From IMG/VR virus record IMGVR_UViG_3300009702_000038, positions 1 through 44,406 of that record: a stretch of DNA of 44,406 nt; one strand, given 5' to 3'. The notes beneath the pieces are model-generated. The model saw nothing but the letters and a program-made list of their open reading frames with translations, was not told the DNA's origin and searched no databases. Below, piece by piece: positions 10,059 through 18,946 of this stretch (position 1 is the stretch's first letter; each line of letters starts with the position of its first letter). Source of the DNA: a virus. The position numbers were made by a program, and so were the translations under genes.

Positions 10059-11291
10059 TTACGCGGTGATGTCGGCGGTGTAGGCCCAAGTGACGGGAGC
10101 CTGCACACACTGGTTGTAGAAGGCAAAGAGGTAGAACGCCAGGTTGTCGGCGGTCTCTTCGCGGTGGTAGAAGCTACCATCCTTCTTGAACATGCGCGGG
10201 AGGCCACCAGCCGAGAACAACTCGACGGCACCCTTCTCGCCCATGAGGCAAGCGTTCTCTGCAACAGCCGGGTCGGCCACAACAGGAACGGCACCAGCAC
10301 CAGTCATGATTTCAAGCGCCGAGAAACTCAGCGAACCTGAAGTCGCGTTGACCTTGATGTACCGTGCGGCACGCTTCTCCGTCTCGAAGGCGAGGGCGCC
10401 CTGCGTGACGGGGTTCAAGAGACAGATGTCCGGCGAGCTACCTTCACGGTAGAGTCGGGCACCAGTCGTGATAAGGTCGTCGAGGAGCGGTGCGGTTGCA
10501 TCACTCGAACCATGCGCAGCATCAACACCCGCGAGGCGAGTGCTATCAGCGGTACGGTCGATGCCGTTGAACAAGGTGTTGGTCACTGCGGAGCCCGGAA
10601 GCCAGAGCGGAAGCGAATCCGCCTTCTTCCCGTAGTCGCCCTCACGATACAGCCGGTCGCCAATGGCGAGGGGCAGCGTGAAGTCGAAGTCAAGAGTGAC
10701 AGTATCGTTGATGCGGTCAACTGCAACGACTTTCTGAACCTCGCTGATGAGGGTGCTGTGGTCAGTCGCGTCCGTGGTCTGCACGAACATGCCAACCTCG
10801 AAGAAACGAGCTTCACCGCCTAGGAGCTTGAACTCCGGGGCCGTGTAGCCAGTCTGGTCGCCAAGTTGCGCACGAGCGCCATTCGGGTACTTCGCGAGAA
10901 GCTCGAAATGACAGTCGTTACCGAACGCGCTATGCGCCGAGTCAACGGCGTCAGTGAGCGCCTCGCGGAACGCGGCGGGGCGACCGAGAGACAGCTCGAT
11001 GACCTTGTTAGCCACGGTTGCCTTCGCGTAGTTGTCAACGTGTTGCAGCTCCCAACGCTTTCGCGTGGCGGGACCTTGGTTGGCATGCGCGGTGGCAAAG
11101 GTGGCCGATTGACCGGTGATGTTAGCAAACCGGATGGGCTTGGGGTAGATGTTGCCGCGAATCTCGGGGTTCTTCGGGACAATCGCGAGCCACGGATGGT
11201 TCTTGTAAACCAGGTCCGCAACCACGGTGCCCACATAGAACTCCTTCAGGAACGCAACATAGTCACCCTGAGTGGTGGCATTTGTAGCCAT
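10059..11291 (-). CDS. Major capsid protein (410 aa)
   Basis: Clean ORF with AGGA 10 nt upstream. It directly follows the scaffold-like gene and the portal. Size is typical of an HK97-fold capsid protein. Confidence 0.75.
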   Translation of the reverse strand: MATNATTQGDYVAFLKEFYVGTVVADLVYKNHPWLAIVPKNPEIRGNIYPKPIRFANITGQSATFATAHANQGPATRKRWELQHVDNYAKATVANKVIELSLGRPAAFREALTDAVDSAHSAFGNDCHFELLAKYPNGARAQLGDQTGYTAPEFKLLGGEARFFEVGMFVQTTDATDHSTLISEVQKVVAVDRINDTVTLDFDFTLPLAIGDRLYREGDYGKKADSLPLWLPGSAVTNTLFNGIDRTADSTRLAGVDAAHGSSDATAPLLDDLITTGARLYREGSSPDICLLNPVTQGALAFETEKRAARYIKVNATSGSLSFSALEIMTGAGAVPVVADPAVAENACLMGEKGAVELFSAGGLPRMFKKDGSFYHREETADNLAFYLFAFYNQCVQAPVTWAYTADITA

Positions 11292-11294
11292 TTG

Positions 11295-12056
11295 TTATCC
11301 TACTGTTCTGCTCCACAACTCGGCTGCTGCTGCCTTTCTGTCTGAGCCACCCTGGAGGATGGACTCGATGTCTCGGGCAGAGTCCTCTGCTGTGAGAGCT
11401 GGAGTTAGAGTTTTAGGGGGAAAGGGTTTAGCTGGCTCGCTAGGGGTGTTTTCTTCGCTCGTGGTTGGGTTCTTTAGCGCGTGCAGAGTCTCATAGAGAG
11501 TCCACAACGACGCTTCCGTGTCGCTCAGGAGTTGTTCTTCGCTTACTGCCTCACCAGTGCGCTGCGCTGCGTCGAGCTGCTCAAAGAGCGTCTCTTCGTA
11601 GCCTGCGGCGACGATGGCGGGGAAATCTTTGGATTCGCGGATACTCTCGACGAAGCCCTCGCGGAGGGTACGGCGTCGTGCATCGCGCTCTTCTTCTGCG
11701 GCGGCCTCGGCGGCCTCGCGGTCACGCTTATCAAGCTCGGCCCGAAGCGCCTGAATCTCTTTGTAGACTTCGGGGTTCTCCGGCTCGGGTCGGGGGACTA
11801 GACTCTCTTCGAGGTTAGCCAAGCGCTCCATGATGGGGTCGGGTTCCTTGTTCGTTTCGGCGTACAGCGCTTGGAGCTGCCCGGTGACAAGGGCGCGGTC
11901 GGGAAGGGTAACACCCTCTGCCTTCGGGTCCTCACCACGCACATCTTCCTTCGTGATGGGGGCGGGGCTCATGGTCTTTTCCCATACCTGCTCGGCGGTG
12001 GGGGCGGACTCGGGGGAGGTGGGGTCGGCGGGGATTGCTGATTGTTCGGTAGGCAT
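11295..12056 (-). CDS. Scaffolding protein (253 aa)
   Basis: Acidic, Glu/Ala-rich protein that looks helical, lying between the portal and capsid genes. Confidence 0.65.
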   Translation of the reverse strand: MPTEQSAIPADPTSPESAPTAEQVWEKTMSPAPITKEDVRGEDPKAEGVTLPDRALVTGQLQALYAETNKEPDPIMERLANLEESLVPRPEPENPEVYKEIQALRAELDKRDREAAEAAAEEERDARRRTLREGFVESIRESKDFPAIVAAGYEETLFEQLDAAQRTGEAVSEEQLLSDTEASLWTLYETLHALKNPTTSEENTPSEPAKPFPPKTLTPALTAEDSARDIESILQGGSDRKAAAAELWSRTVG

Positions 12057-12060
12057 TTTG

Positions 12061-13980
12061 CTATTGTCCTAGTACGGTGCCCGACAACGAAGTGGCGCCT
12101 GGCGCAGCCCCGGTGATGTCTTGGGCGGGGGGCTGACCAGGCAGCCCGGGACCCATTCCCGATGCCTGCATCTGCGTTGCTTCTTGTTCCTCTGCGATTA
12201 GGTCTGTGATGGCCCGCAAGAACTGGTACAGCAGGTTGACACGTTCCTCCTCGACGCCCATCGCTTGGGCGAGGTTGATGTACTTCTGACAGACCTTGAG
12301 GCCTAGTCGTAGGTCCATCGTGGGCTCCGGCTCGGTATACTTGCCATCGTCCAAAATCTCTTCGATGATGCGCTCAATCAGGTCGAGCGATGCATTCTGA
12401 ATGTTCGCCTCTGCGTCGAAGTCCGGGATGTCCAGGTACTTGAACGCACGGCTCGGCGGGACCATGCCCAGGCCGATAAGCTCTTTCATCTCCGCGAGGC
12501 GGCCACCAAACGTGGTACTCAGGGCGCTGGTGGGCGAGGCCTGCACAACGTAGGAGTCCTGCTTGGGGTCCAGGTCGAACTGGGACCAGTCCACGGCCTC
12601 AACGGTGTTGCGGTCTTTCCGCAGGACGGTCTTGAAGCCTCCAGGCTCCCTGTCGTCGAGCTGCTTGCCCGCGATAATCTGTTGTTCCGCCACGCGGATA
12701 CAGAAGTCCTCCCTGTAGCGGAAGGCGGTGGACAACTCTGTAGACTGGATGTCTACGATGTCCTTGAACGCTTGCCCGGTCTCACCTTGTGACCCTGCGG
12801 ACTCGGGCAACCCCATCGCAACTAGTCGGCTAACCTGTAGTGACCGCTGCCACTGCACGCCGATGTAGTTTACGACATCCTGCGGGACGGAAGGGGGAAG
12901 CACAATCTTCGGCGCCCGTCCCGTGTGGTTGATGATGATGCCAGGCACATTGCCTAGCTTGCCCTCATTCACTTCCCCGTCCACGGGGACAAGGATGTAG
13001 GGCTTGGGCATAAGCTCAATACACTTTTCGACGTGCAAGAGGCTCGTGTTGATGTCGAAGTGCAGCCCGATAAGCTCTTCGACTAGGCCGATACCGAAGA
13101 AGCCCACGGTGGGGTCCTTTTTCCAGTACTCGAAGCTGAACGGAAAATCTATGGCATCCCATTCTGTGATGTCAAGGATGCAGTCGTCGATGAAAATGAC
13201 CTTGCGACCATCGCCCGCGCCGGTCCAGCTCGGGAGCTTGTACGCTTCGACAACCTCAACCATGTCCCCGATGATGCTCCCCTGGCCCCTGTCATCGGTT
13301 GCCCAGTCGGATACTCGTTCGGCGGTGATGGACTTCGCTGCTCGAATCTTTGCCTTCTTGCTCGGAAAGAGCTTGGCTAGGCGGCCTCTGCTCACCCACA
13401 TGCGGTGGTACAGGTGGGTCGGCTTGCCGGTGGCGGCAGCCTCGCTCGGGTCCACGAAGATGTCGCGTGGGTGAACCCGGAAGTTTTCAATCTGAGGCAC
13501 CATCGGGTGCGGGGCGGTCTTGATGACGCCTATGCCGAACGTGAGGGCATCGAGGACGGCGCTGTCCTCCTTGTCGCGGAGGGAACAGGCGTGCATCTGC
13601 TGGCGCACGAACTGGCCCATCTGCTTCGACCGGCGCCGGAGGCTCCAGTTGGCCCCTGCGGGGAGAAACTCGACGGAAATGGCGGGGCGCGTGAGGCGAG
13701 CGTGTACGGCGTCAACCATCACCTTGCTCACGTTGAGGGGCACGCGGCTGTAGTCAGACTGGGAGAACGCGGCGTTGTAGGCCTGGAGGTAGTCGTTCCC
13801 GAAGATGTCGCGGTTCGTGTAGAGGGCGGAATAGGCCGCGTAGGCGTTGATTCTGTCCCTGTCCTGGTCCACGTAGTAGCGGAACAGGCGTTGAATCTTG
13901 GGGAGGACGTTCTTTTGGGCCTTCTCCTCCCACCACGGCGAAGATAGGTCCGACTGCTCTACAGAGTCGTATGCGGACAT
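12061..13980 (-). CDS. Portal (head-tail connector) protein (639 aa)
   Basis: Size and position between the large terminase and the scaffold. Low-complexity Gly/Gln/Pro C-terminal tail, as in T7 gp8-type portals. Confidence 0.75.
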   Translation of the reverse strand: MSAYDSVEQSDLSSPWWEEKAQKNVLPKIQRLFRYYVDQDRDRINAYAAYSALYTNRDIFGNDYLQAYNAAFSQSDYSRVPLNVSKVMVDAVHARLTRPAISVEFLPAGANWSLRRRSKQMGQFVRQQMHACSLRDKEDSAVLDALTFGIGVIKTAPHPMVPQIENFRVHPRDIFVDPSEAAATGKPTHLYHRMWVSRGRLAKLFPSKKAKIRAAKSITAERVSDWATDDRGQGSIIGDMVEVVEAYKLPSWTGAGDGRKVIFIDDCILDITEWDAIDFPFSFEYWKKDPTVGFFGIGLVEELIGLHFDINTSLLHVEKCIELMPKPYILVPVDGEVNEGKLGNVPGIIINHTGRAPKIVLPPSVPQDVVNYIGVQWQRSLQVSRLVAMGLPESAGSQGETGQAFKDIVDIQSTELSTAFRYREDFCIRVAEQQIIAGKQLDDREPGGFKTVLRKDRNTVEAVDWSQFDLDPKQDSYVVQASPTSALSTTFGGRLAEMKELIGLGMVPPSRAFKYLDIPDFDAEANIQNASLDLIERIIEEILDDGKYTEPEPTMDLRLGLKVCQKYINLAQAMGVEEERVNLLYQFLRAITDLIAEEQEATQMQASGMGPGLPGQPPAQDITGAAPGATSLSGTVLGQ

Positions 13981-14027
13981 CTGACGAGAGGGATACCGGC
14001 CCCTTTCCCTCTTTTTGCAACATTGAC

Positions 14028-14060
14028 CTAAACATTCACATGATTTAGGTTATACGTTAC
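14028..14060 (+). promoter_or_regulatory. Copy E4 of the conserved promoter-like element, pointing antisense into the terminase gene
   Basis: CTAAACATTC-N12-TTATACGTTAC followed by ATG 14061. Same architecture as the copies at 26549, 30513, 31253, 31313 and 31970. Confidence 0.5.
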
Positions 14061-14141
14061 ATGAGGCCGGAAGGACGTTGCCAACCAGGCCTCGGCGGCC
14101 ATAGAGCCCCTCGCTCGGGACAGGCGGGGGGCGTGCCGCTT

Positions 14142-15635
14142 CTACTTTCTGACGAGCTTCTGCCAATAAGGCACAGACTCGTCCCCTTTTTCCGCCATGA
14201 CCTCGGCCCTGAGCCTTGCCGCGCTATGCCGGAGGGCGTCCTCGCCCATCATGACGCCTGAGCGGTACTCGGCGGCCTTCCAGGTCCTCACCTTCGAATA
14301 GGCGTACCTGAAGCTATCTGCACAGTGGTCCGGGTAGGCATCGCCCCTCTTGACGCGCCTGGCGCCCGTGGGGCTTGCCTTGGCGTCCCAGATGAGGGTA
14401 GCCATCTGCGCCCGTAGCTCCTCTGTCCCACTCTTGACGAAGAATAGACGCCCGGCCTTGATATCGGCGTTGATTATTTGAATACCCATATCAACAGAGC
14501 CATAGCCTTTCCGCACGGGCTGAATGGGCAGGAGCGGGTGTGTGTCCTTCCACTGGGCCACGGGGGCGGCGCCCTGGCCGCCTGTGTCTACGATGCACTG
14601 GTAGATGGGGTACTGGTCCAGGAAGTCGCCTACGCGGTCTCCCGCCTCTAGCGTGGTGAGCTTCTCCTCTAGGCTCTCCAGGACATATGTGGCCTGTATG
14701 TCGCGGCTCGTAGCCAGTACGCTGAACGACCAAGGGTCTTTTGTGCCAACATCGACACCTAGGATGAAGCTCCAGTCATGGGCGCGCTCCTGCGGGAAGC
14801 GGTCTACCACCATGCTTGGAATATTGTAGTAGCACAGGCCTTCCGTGTCGCGCACCCACTCGCCCAGGTACTCGCGGCGGAAGGCGGGGGAGGATGGTGT
14901 CCAGTTGTTCGCCGCCATGTGGACCTTGTACTGCTGCTCCACGTCCGGGATGAACGGGTTGTCCTTCATCAACCACTTGTGGATGCTCCATCCCATGCCC
15001 ACTTCCTTGAACATCTCGCCCCCGCCGTGAACGATGTCGTAGAAGGGGCCGGAGCATGAGGCCGAAGGCGTCCCTGTGATGAGGATGGGCGCTTTGTGGG
15101 TCACGGTCGCGGGAAGGAGAATCTCTCGAATCAGCTTATACATATCCGACCCGAAGTTTTGGGCCTCATCGAGGATAGCCAGGTTCAGCGTGGCCCCGAT
15201 GCCTCGAATCTTGTCCATCTCGCGGAGAGAACCGGCGCCGAACACCTTGATGATGCTCCCGTTGGGCAGGCGTATGTCTGAGGTGGTCTTGATAAACTCC
15301 AGGCCCAGGTCGTACTCCTCGTTGAGCGCCTGGAGAGGGGGCCAGATGATGTACTGGGCCGACCCTCTGTTCATGTTCACGTACACGGGCGTCGAGCCCG
15401 GCGTCTCGATGGCTGCACGCAAGGCGATGATGGCGCAGGCGTGTGACTTCCCAGACTGCCTTGAACAGCAAGCACATTTGAACTGTGCCGGGTCATTCGC
15501 AAACTCTAGCTGCTTCTCGTGCAGGAGCTTGTCTAGGTCCAGCTTTTCGAGGTTCTGCTTCTGAGTGACGACCTTGGCTAGAAGCCTTTGCCGCTCTTTG
15601 AGCATCTCCTCTGGAGTGCGTCTCTCCTCAGTCAC
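14142..15635 (-). CDS. terL: Terminase large subunit (497 aa)
   Basis: Walker A-like CCSRQSGKSH, Walker B LAILDEAQNF, and a C-terminal nuclease-type region (LGVDVG...). Lies upstream of the portal. Confidence 0.9.
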   Translation of the reverse strand: MTEERRTPEEMLKERQRLLAKVVTQKQNLEKLDLDKLLHEKQLEFANDPAQFKCACCSRQSGKSHACAIIALRAAIETPGSTPVYVNMNRGSAQYIIWPPLQALNEEYDLGLEFIKTTSDIRLPNGSIIKVFGAGSLREMDKIRGIGATLNLAILDEAQNFGSDMYKLIREILLPATVTHKAPILITGTPSASCSGPFYDIVHGGGEMFKEVGMGWSIHKWLMKDNPFIPDVEQQYKVHMAANNWTPSSPAFRREYLGEWVRDTEGLCYYNIPSMVVDRFPQERAHDWSFILGVDVGTKDPWSFSVLATSRDIQATYVLESLEEKLTTLEAGDRVGDFLDQYPIYQCIVDTGGQGAAPVAQWKDTHPLLPIQPVRKGYGSVDMGIQIINADIKAGRLFFVKSGTEELRAQMATLIWDAKASPTGARRVKRGDAYPDHCADSFRYAYSKVRTWKAAEYRSGVMMGEDALRHSAARLRAEVMAEKGDESVPYWQKLVRK

Positions 15636-15792
15636 GCTTCCACAATAGCGCTACAAGGTCCATGCGGCTGTAGGGCGCTTCTGGGTTGTTCTTACGCCAT
15701 TCTCGGCGCTTCTTGCACCACTCTTTTGCTTGCTCAGGGTCAGTGAACGTCACGCTTTCCACGCCCTCCAGCTCATAACTAGGCTTGTTCAT
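15628..15792 (-). CDS. Hypothetical small protein (54 aa)
   Basis: ATG 15792 preceded by AGGAAG. The stop overlaps the terL GTG start. Confidence 0.5.
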   Translation of the reverse strand: MNKPSYELEGVESVTFTDPEQAKEWCKKRREWRKNNPEAPYSRMDLVALLWKRD

Positions 15793-15931
15793 CTTCCTGC
15801 TTCCCAACCCGGCTCCGGGGTAGTTTATTTTGCCATGTGCGGAGACAACTACGACAAGTTGCCCATCCGATATCAAAAGTATTCAGCATGATGGAGTGTC
15901 CTCCACACCAGGGGCATTTGTAACGTTTCAT
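15779..15931 (-). CDS. Zinc-ribbon small protein (50 aa)
   Basis: MKRYKCPWCGG...CRSC (two CxxC pairs). ATGA overlap with the stop of the upstream GNAT fragment. GGGAG-type SD. Confidence 0.5.
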   Translation of the reverse strand: MKRYKCPWCGGHSIMLNTFDIGWATCRSCLRTWQNKLPRSRVGKQEDEQA

Positions 15932-16200
15932 CTTCCCGACTCCCATCCTGGTGCCAACGAAGTGTACTTGAACCACGGCCAGGCCGTCATATTGTTCCGG
16001 CGCATAGCGGCCTGATAAATAGGCTTCTTCGCGGCGCCCGTGCCGAAGGTGTAGAGGATATTGTCGTCCTCTTTGATGAGGAAGTCCCGCTTGTAGCGGT
16101 TGAGGAGCATGGTGGCTACGCCCGTGTTCCAATACTTCTTCTTGACTTGAAGCCAATGCAGGTAGTTGATTTGCACCTGGGGAGGCCCCTTCCAGTACAC
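15928..16200 (-). CDS. GNAT N-acetyltransferase, C-terminal fragment (motif A region)
   Basis: Contains ...INYLHWLQVKKKYWNTGVATMLL (GNAT acetyl-CoA-binding motif A). It is in the same frame as 16204..16443, separated only by TAA plus one codon. Confidence 0.7.
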   Translation of the reverse strand: MYWKGPPQVQINYLHWLQVKKKYWNTGVATMLLNRYKRDFLIKEDDNILYTFGTGAAKKPIYQAAMRRNNMTAWPWFKYTSLAPGWESGR

Positions 16201-16203
16201 GGG

Positions 16204-16443
16204 TTACCCGCAGAGGTAGCCCTTTATCAGGTGGGGCGCTCCAGCCTCGCACGCGATGTAGAGGGCCTGGGCGGCGCTACTGCGGCTGATAATCTCGTCC
16301 AGCATGAGATGGGCGTGTCGGAAATACTCGTCTCGAATGATGCCCGGCCAGCTCATCTCCGGGCTGCGCTCCCATGTGAGCTGCCACGAGGACAGAATAT
16401 AGTCTAGGTCTCCTCGCTCGGCGGGACGAATCTCGGTGGTCAT
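16204..16443 (-). CDS. GNAT N-acetyltransferase, N-terminal fragment ending at the in-frame TAA 16204..16206
   Basis: MTTEIRPAERGDLDYILSSW... is a typical GNAT N-terminus. ATGA-coupled start. Confidence 0.7.
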   Translation of the reverse strand: MTTEIRPAERGDLDYILSSWQLTWERSPEMSWPGIIRDEYFRHAHLMLDEIISRSSAAQALYIACEAGAPHLIKGYLCG

Positions 16444-16922
16444 CTCAGTTTCTCCAGGGCCGACTCGACGGCCTTATTGTTCGGGTAGAGCTTGAGCACT
16501 TCGTCGATACTCATGCCAGTGTCCACGAGGCCCTTGGCAACCTCAACGGGACCCATGTGCTCCTCGCGCTTCTTCGCACGCAGAGCCATGAGGGTAGCTT
16601 CCTGTTTTCGCACGGTGTCCAGGAGGCTCATGAACACACGCTCCTCTTCGGGGAGTAGCTCGTCCCCATCCTCTAGTTTTACTTGATACTTGTTCAGGGC
16701 CAGGTTGGAGAGGTAGATGCCCCGCTCAATCTGTGCCTCGCTGCTCAGGGGCTTGTGCTCGGGCTTGATGATGGGGGCCTGGCGCCTCTTCTGCCGCTGT
16801 TCCAGGGCTTCCTGGATGCTGGTCTTGGGGCCGTCTACGATACGCCGAACGTGGGGCTCTTCTCGGTCGGCCATGAAGTACTCGCGCTCTTCCTTCATGT
16901 GTTGTGGTGGTTTCTTGCTCAT
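16440..16922 (-). CDS. Hypothetical protein (160 aa); possibly a small terminase, by position only
   Basis: Charged, helical-looking ORF upstream of terL. No diagnostic motif recognised. Confidence 0.6.
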   Translation of the reverse strand: MSKKPPQHMKEEREYFMADREEPHVRRIVDGPKTSIQEALEQRQKRRQAPIIKPEHKPLSSEAQIERGIYLSNLALNKYQVKLEDGDELLPEEERVFMSLLDTVRKQEATLMALRAKKREEHMGPVEVAKGLVDTGMSIDEVLKLYPNNKAVESALEKLR

Positions 16923-16962
16923 GTTATGCTCCGCGACTTGCCGTCGCTACGCTAGGAAAGTG

Positions 16963-17709
16963 CTAGATGAAAGTTTCTCCCTTACGGAGAAAGCCGTGCT
17001 TGACATCTCTCGCATAGTCTCTCGGCTGGTGGGCATCTATCCTCTCGTTCATGCGCTCCTCGAACCGGCCTTGCTCCGTGCCCTTGGCTCGGGGGTCAGT
17101 CTCTTTCCAGGGGATGTACTTTGGGTGATACTCCAGGCCCTTCGCCGCCCACTTCAGGGCGTCAACAAACTGGGAAAACTGGCTGCCCTGAATAAATCGG
17201 GGGGAGTTTTTGAGCTTCTGCGCATAGTTTATCACGTACTGGTCAATGGCGTTCTCGCTGTACATCCCACCCCACTGGTTGATGCGCTTCAAAATCTCCC
17301 GCGCCTTGCCCACTTGCTTCAGCGGAATCTGATTCTGTGCCGGGCCTTCGGGAATGTCTATCATGCCCTGCGCCTGCATCTGTGTGTCCAGCGCATCGCT
17401 CTTGTCCCACTCTGCCTGGGTCTGGGGGGTGCGGGGGCCTGCGTGGGCGTACTGGGCCTGGATGGCGGCCTCCTCGGCGTCCCACTTGGCGTCGTCAATC
17501 TCGTCCTGCCTGGCCTGCGCCTCTTCCTCTTCGCTCTGCTTTTCGACGAGGCCTCTGCCGATAGGGTCCTTCGACACGAGTGGGGAAAGGGTGGACTCGA
17601 TGGCGCCCTCCTGCTTCCACTCGTCCTTACGCTGTGCCCGGTCTACCTGCGACAGCATGTCCCACGAGAGGGCGGGGGCCTGTGCCTGGTCGGGTTGCGG
17701 GTCGGGCAT
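16963..17709 (-). CDS. Hypothetical protein (248 aa), first gene of the late block
   Basis: Long ORF with protein-like composition, at the start of the collinear minus-strand late gene run. Confidence 0.7.
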   Translation of the reverse strand: MPDPQPDQAQAPALSWDMLSQVDRAQRKDEWKQEGAIESTLSPLVSKDPIGRGLVEKQSEEEEAQARQDEIDDAKWDAEEAAIQAQYAHAGPRTPQTQAEWDKSDALDTQMQAQGMIDIPEGPAQNQIPLKQVGKAREILKRINQWGGMYSENAIDQYVINYAQKLKNSPRFIQGSQFSQFVDALKWAAKGLEYHPKYIPWKETDPRAKGTEQGRFEERMNERIDAHQPRDYARDVKHGFLRKGETFI

Positions 17710-17770
17710 CTGTGCCAGAGGGCTTGCGGCTGATTCACCCCATATCTGTTCAAGATTTGTAACTTGCTAC

Positions 17771-17799
17771 AAAAACACCCTATTTTAGGGGGTAGGGTG
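17771..17799 (-). terminator. Intrinsic terminator-like hairpin (minus strand) 62 nt upstream of the late block
   Basis: Read on the minus strand: CACCCTA-N10-TAGGGTG followed by TTTTTG. Confidence 0.5.
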
Positions 17800-18318
17800 C
17801 CAAAATCGTCAGCCGTGGTCCCTCTGTTCAGACGACCCCCTACTTCCTAGGCACTTCAATCCTGCAAGATAACCTAGACGTTGGTCGGAGGTGTATTAGT
17901 ATCGTCTAATGTCCCTCTTAGAGTAGTATCTCTATTCTATTAGGAGTACTTCTATACTAATAAAGATTCTCTAACTTCCCGTAACTACTAGTAAAGTTTA
18001 TCTTACTATTAGGGGACGGAAAAGGGGGCTCTTTGGTGTTGCTTGTGGTGTTGACGCCCTAAGTAACCCTTATGGTAAGTCACTTTTGGTTCTCAGGGGA
18101 GAGAGTGGGTTACTCGCTACCGCTCGTGTGCGATTCTTTACCAGTAGGGGGAACACCTACCCGTGGGGGGTTGTGCGATGGAAGTGTTGTCAAGGATAAT
18201 CGACTATTGAATGTCGTTTTCATAAAAAGTTGAGATATCCCTTGACATTGGGCGGGAAGGTGTGCTAGTCGGTGAGATAATCGTTGACTGGGGTGGGGAT
18301 TTATGCTATTAGACGCAG

Positions 18319-18346
18319 AAAAACCCCTTGTCGTAGTGACAAGAGG
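18319..18346 (-). terminator. Intrinsic terminator-like hairpin (minus strand)
   Basis: Read on the minus strand: CTTGTC-ACTAC-GACAAG, then GGGG, then TTTTT. Confidence 0.55.
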
Positions 18347-18513
18347 CTAAAGAATGGTGATTTGGGGGCGTTACACCCCCCTGAAACTATTAGCTTTTCC
18401 CTGTTGACTATCTCCCCACACTTTGCTAGCGAACCTGGGGAGTGAGAATCGGCTGCCACGAAGGCACGTAGTGACGTGGCCCTGGTGAAGGTCTATCAAG
18501 AGGACAATGGGCC

Positions 18514-18550
18514 GAAACAAAAGCCCCACACTTATTCAAAAGTGCAGGGC
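18514..18550 (-). terminator. Intrinsic terminator ending the early/middle minus-strand block
   Basis: Read on the minus strand: GCCCTGCACTT-TTGAAT-AAGTGTGGGGC (11 bp including two G-U pairs) followed by TTTTGTTTC. Lies about 130 nt after the last early ORF. Confidence 0.65.
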
Positions 18551-18682
18551 CTTCGTGTCGTTACGCCTAGCGCGTGTCGTCCGGTAGTGTCCACCATGCT
18601 ATGACGACTAAGAGCATGATGGCTGTGAAAAGGCTCAATCTAGTCCGCTCCCTCCTGTTCTGACGCTAGCTCGTTCATGACG

Positions 18683-18946
18683 TTACTCCCCGTCTTTCAA
18701 TGTGGCGGTTGCTTGCCAAGCTACGAAGTTGAGATTGCCCGCCAGTCGTTGCGCGTCCTGCGCTGAGAGTATCGCAAAGACACGAGTAGCGGCCTTTGGT
18801 AGTGGGTAGCGTTCTAGCGCTGCCTCGCGTGTGCCTCGTGGCCCCTCAATCTCTAGACATATGTGCCCAGGCTTCGTAGCGGCAACGGTGACAACGGAGT
18901 ACCACCCATCGGCGTCTTGGAATACTAGCTGTTCAAAATCTCTCAT
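18683..18946 (-). CDS. Hypothetical protein (87 aa)
   Basis: ORF coupled to the upstream gene by a 4-nt overlap. Confidence 0.6.
   Translation of the reverse strand: MRDFEQLVFQDADGWYSVVTVAATKPGHICLEIEGPRGTREAALERYPLPKAATRVFAILSAQDAQRLAGNLNFVAWQATATLKDGE

Noticed and set aside
13754-14035. 93-aa minus-strand ORF overlapping the portal start
   Set aside because: It is out of frame with the portal gene, its composition is Arg/Pro/Gly-rich, and it has no independent support.
14061-14261. 66-aa plus-strand ORF behind element E4 as a real protein
   Set aside because: It has Arg/Pro/Gly-rich off-frame composition and lies entirely antisense to terL. I treat it as a possible antisense transcript instead.
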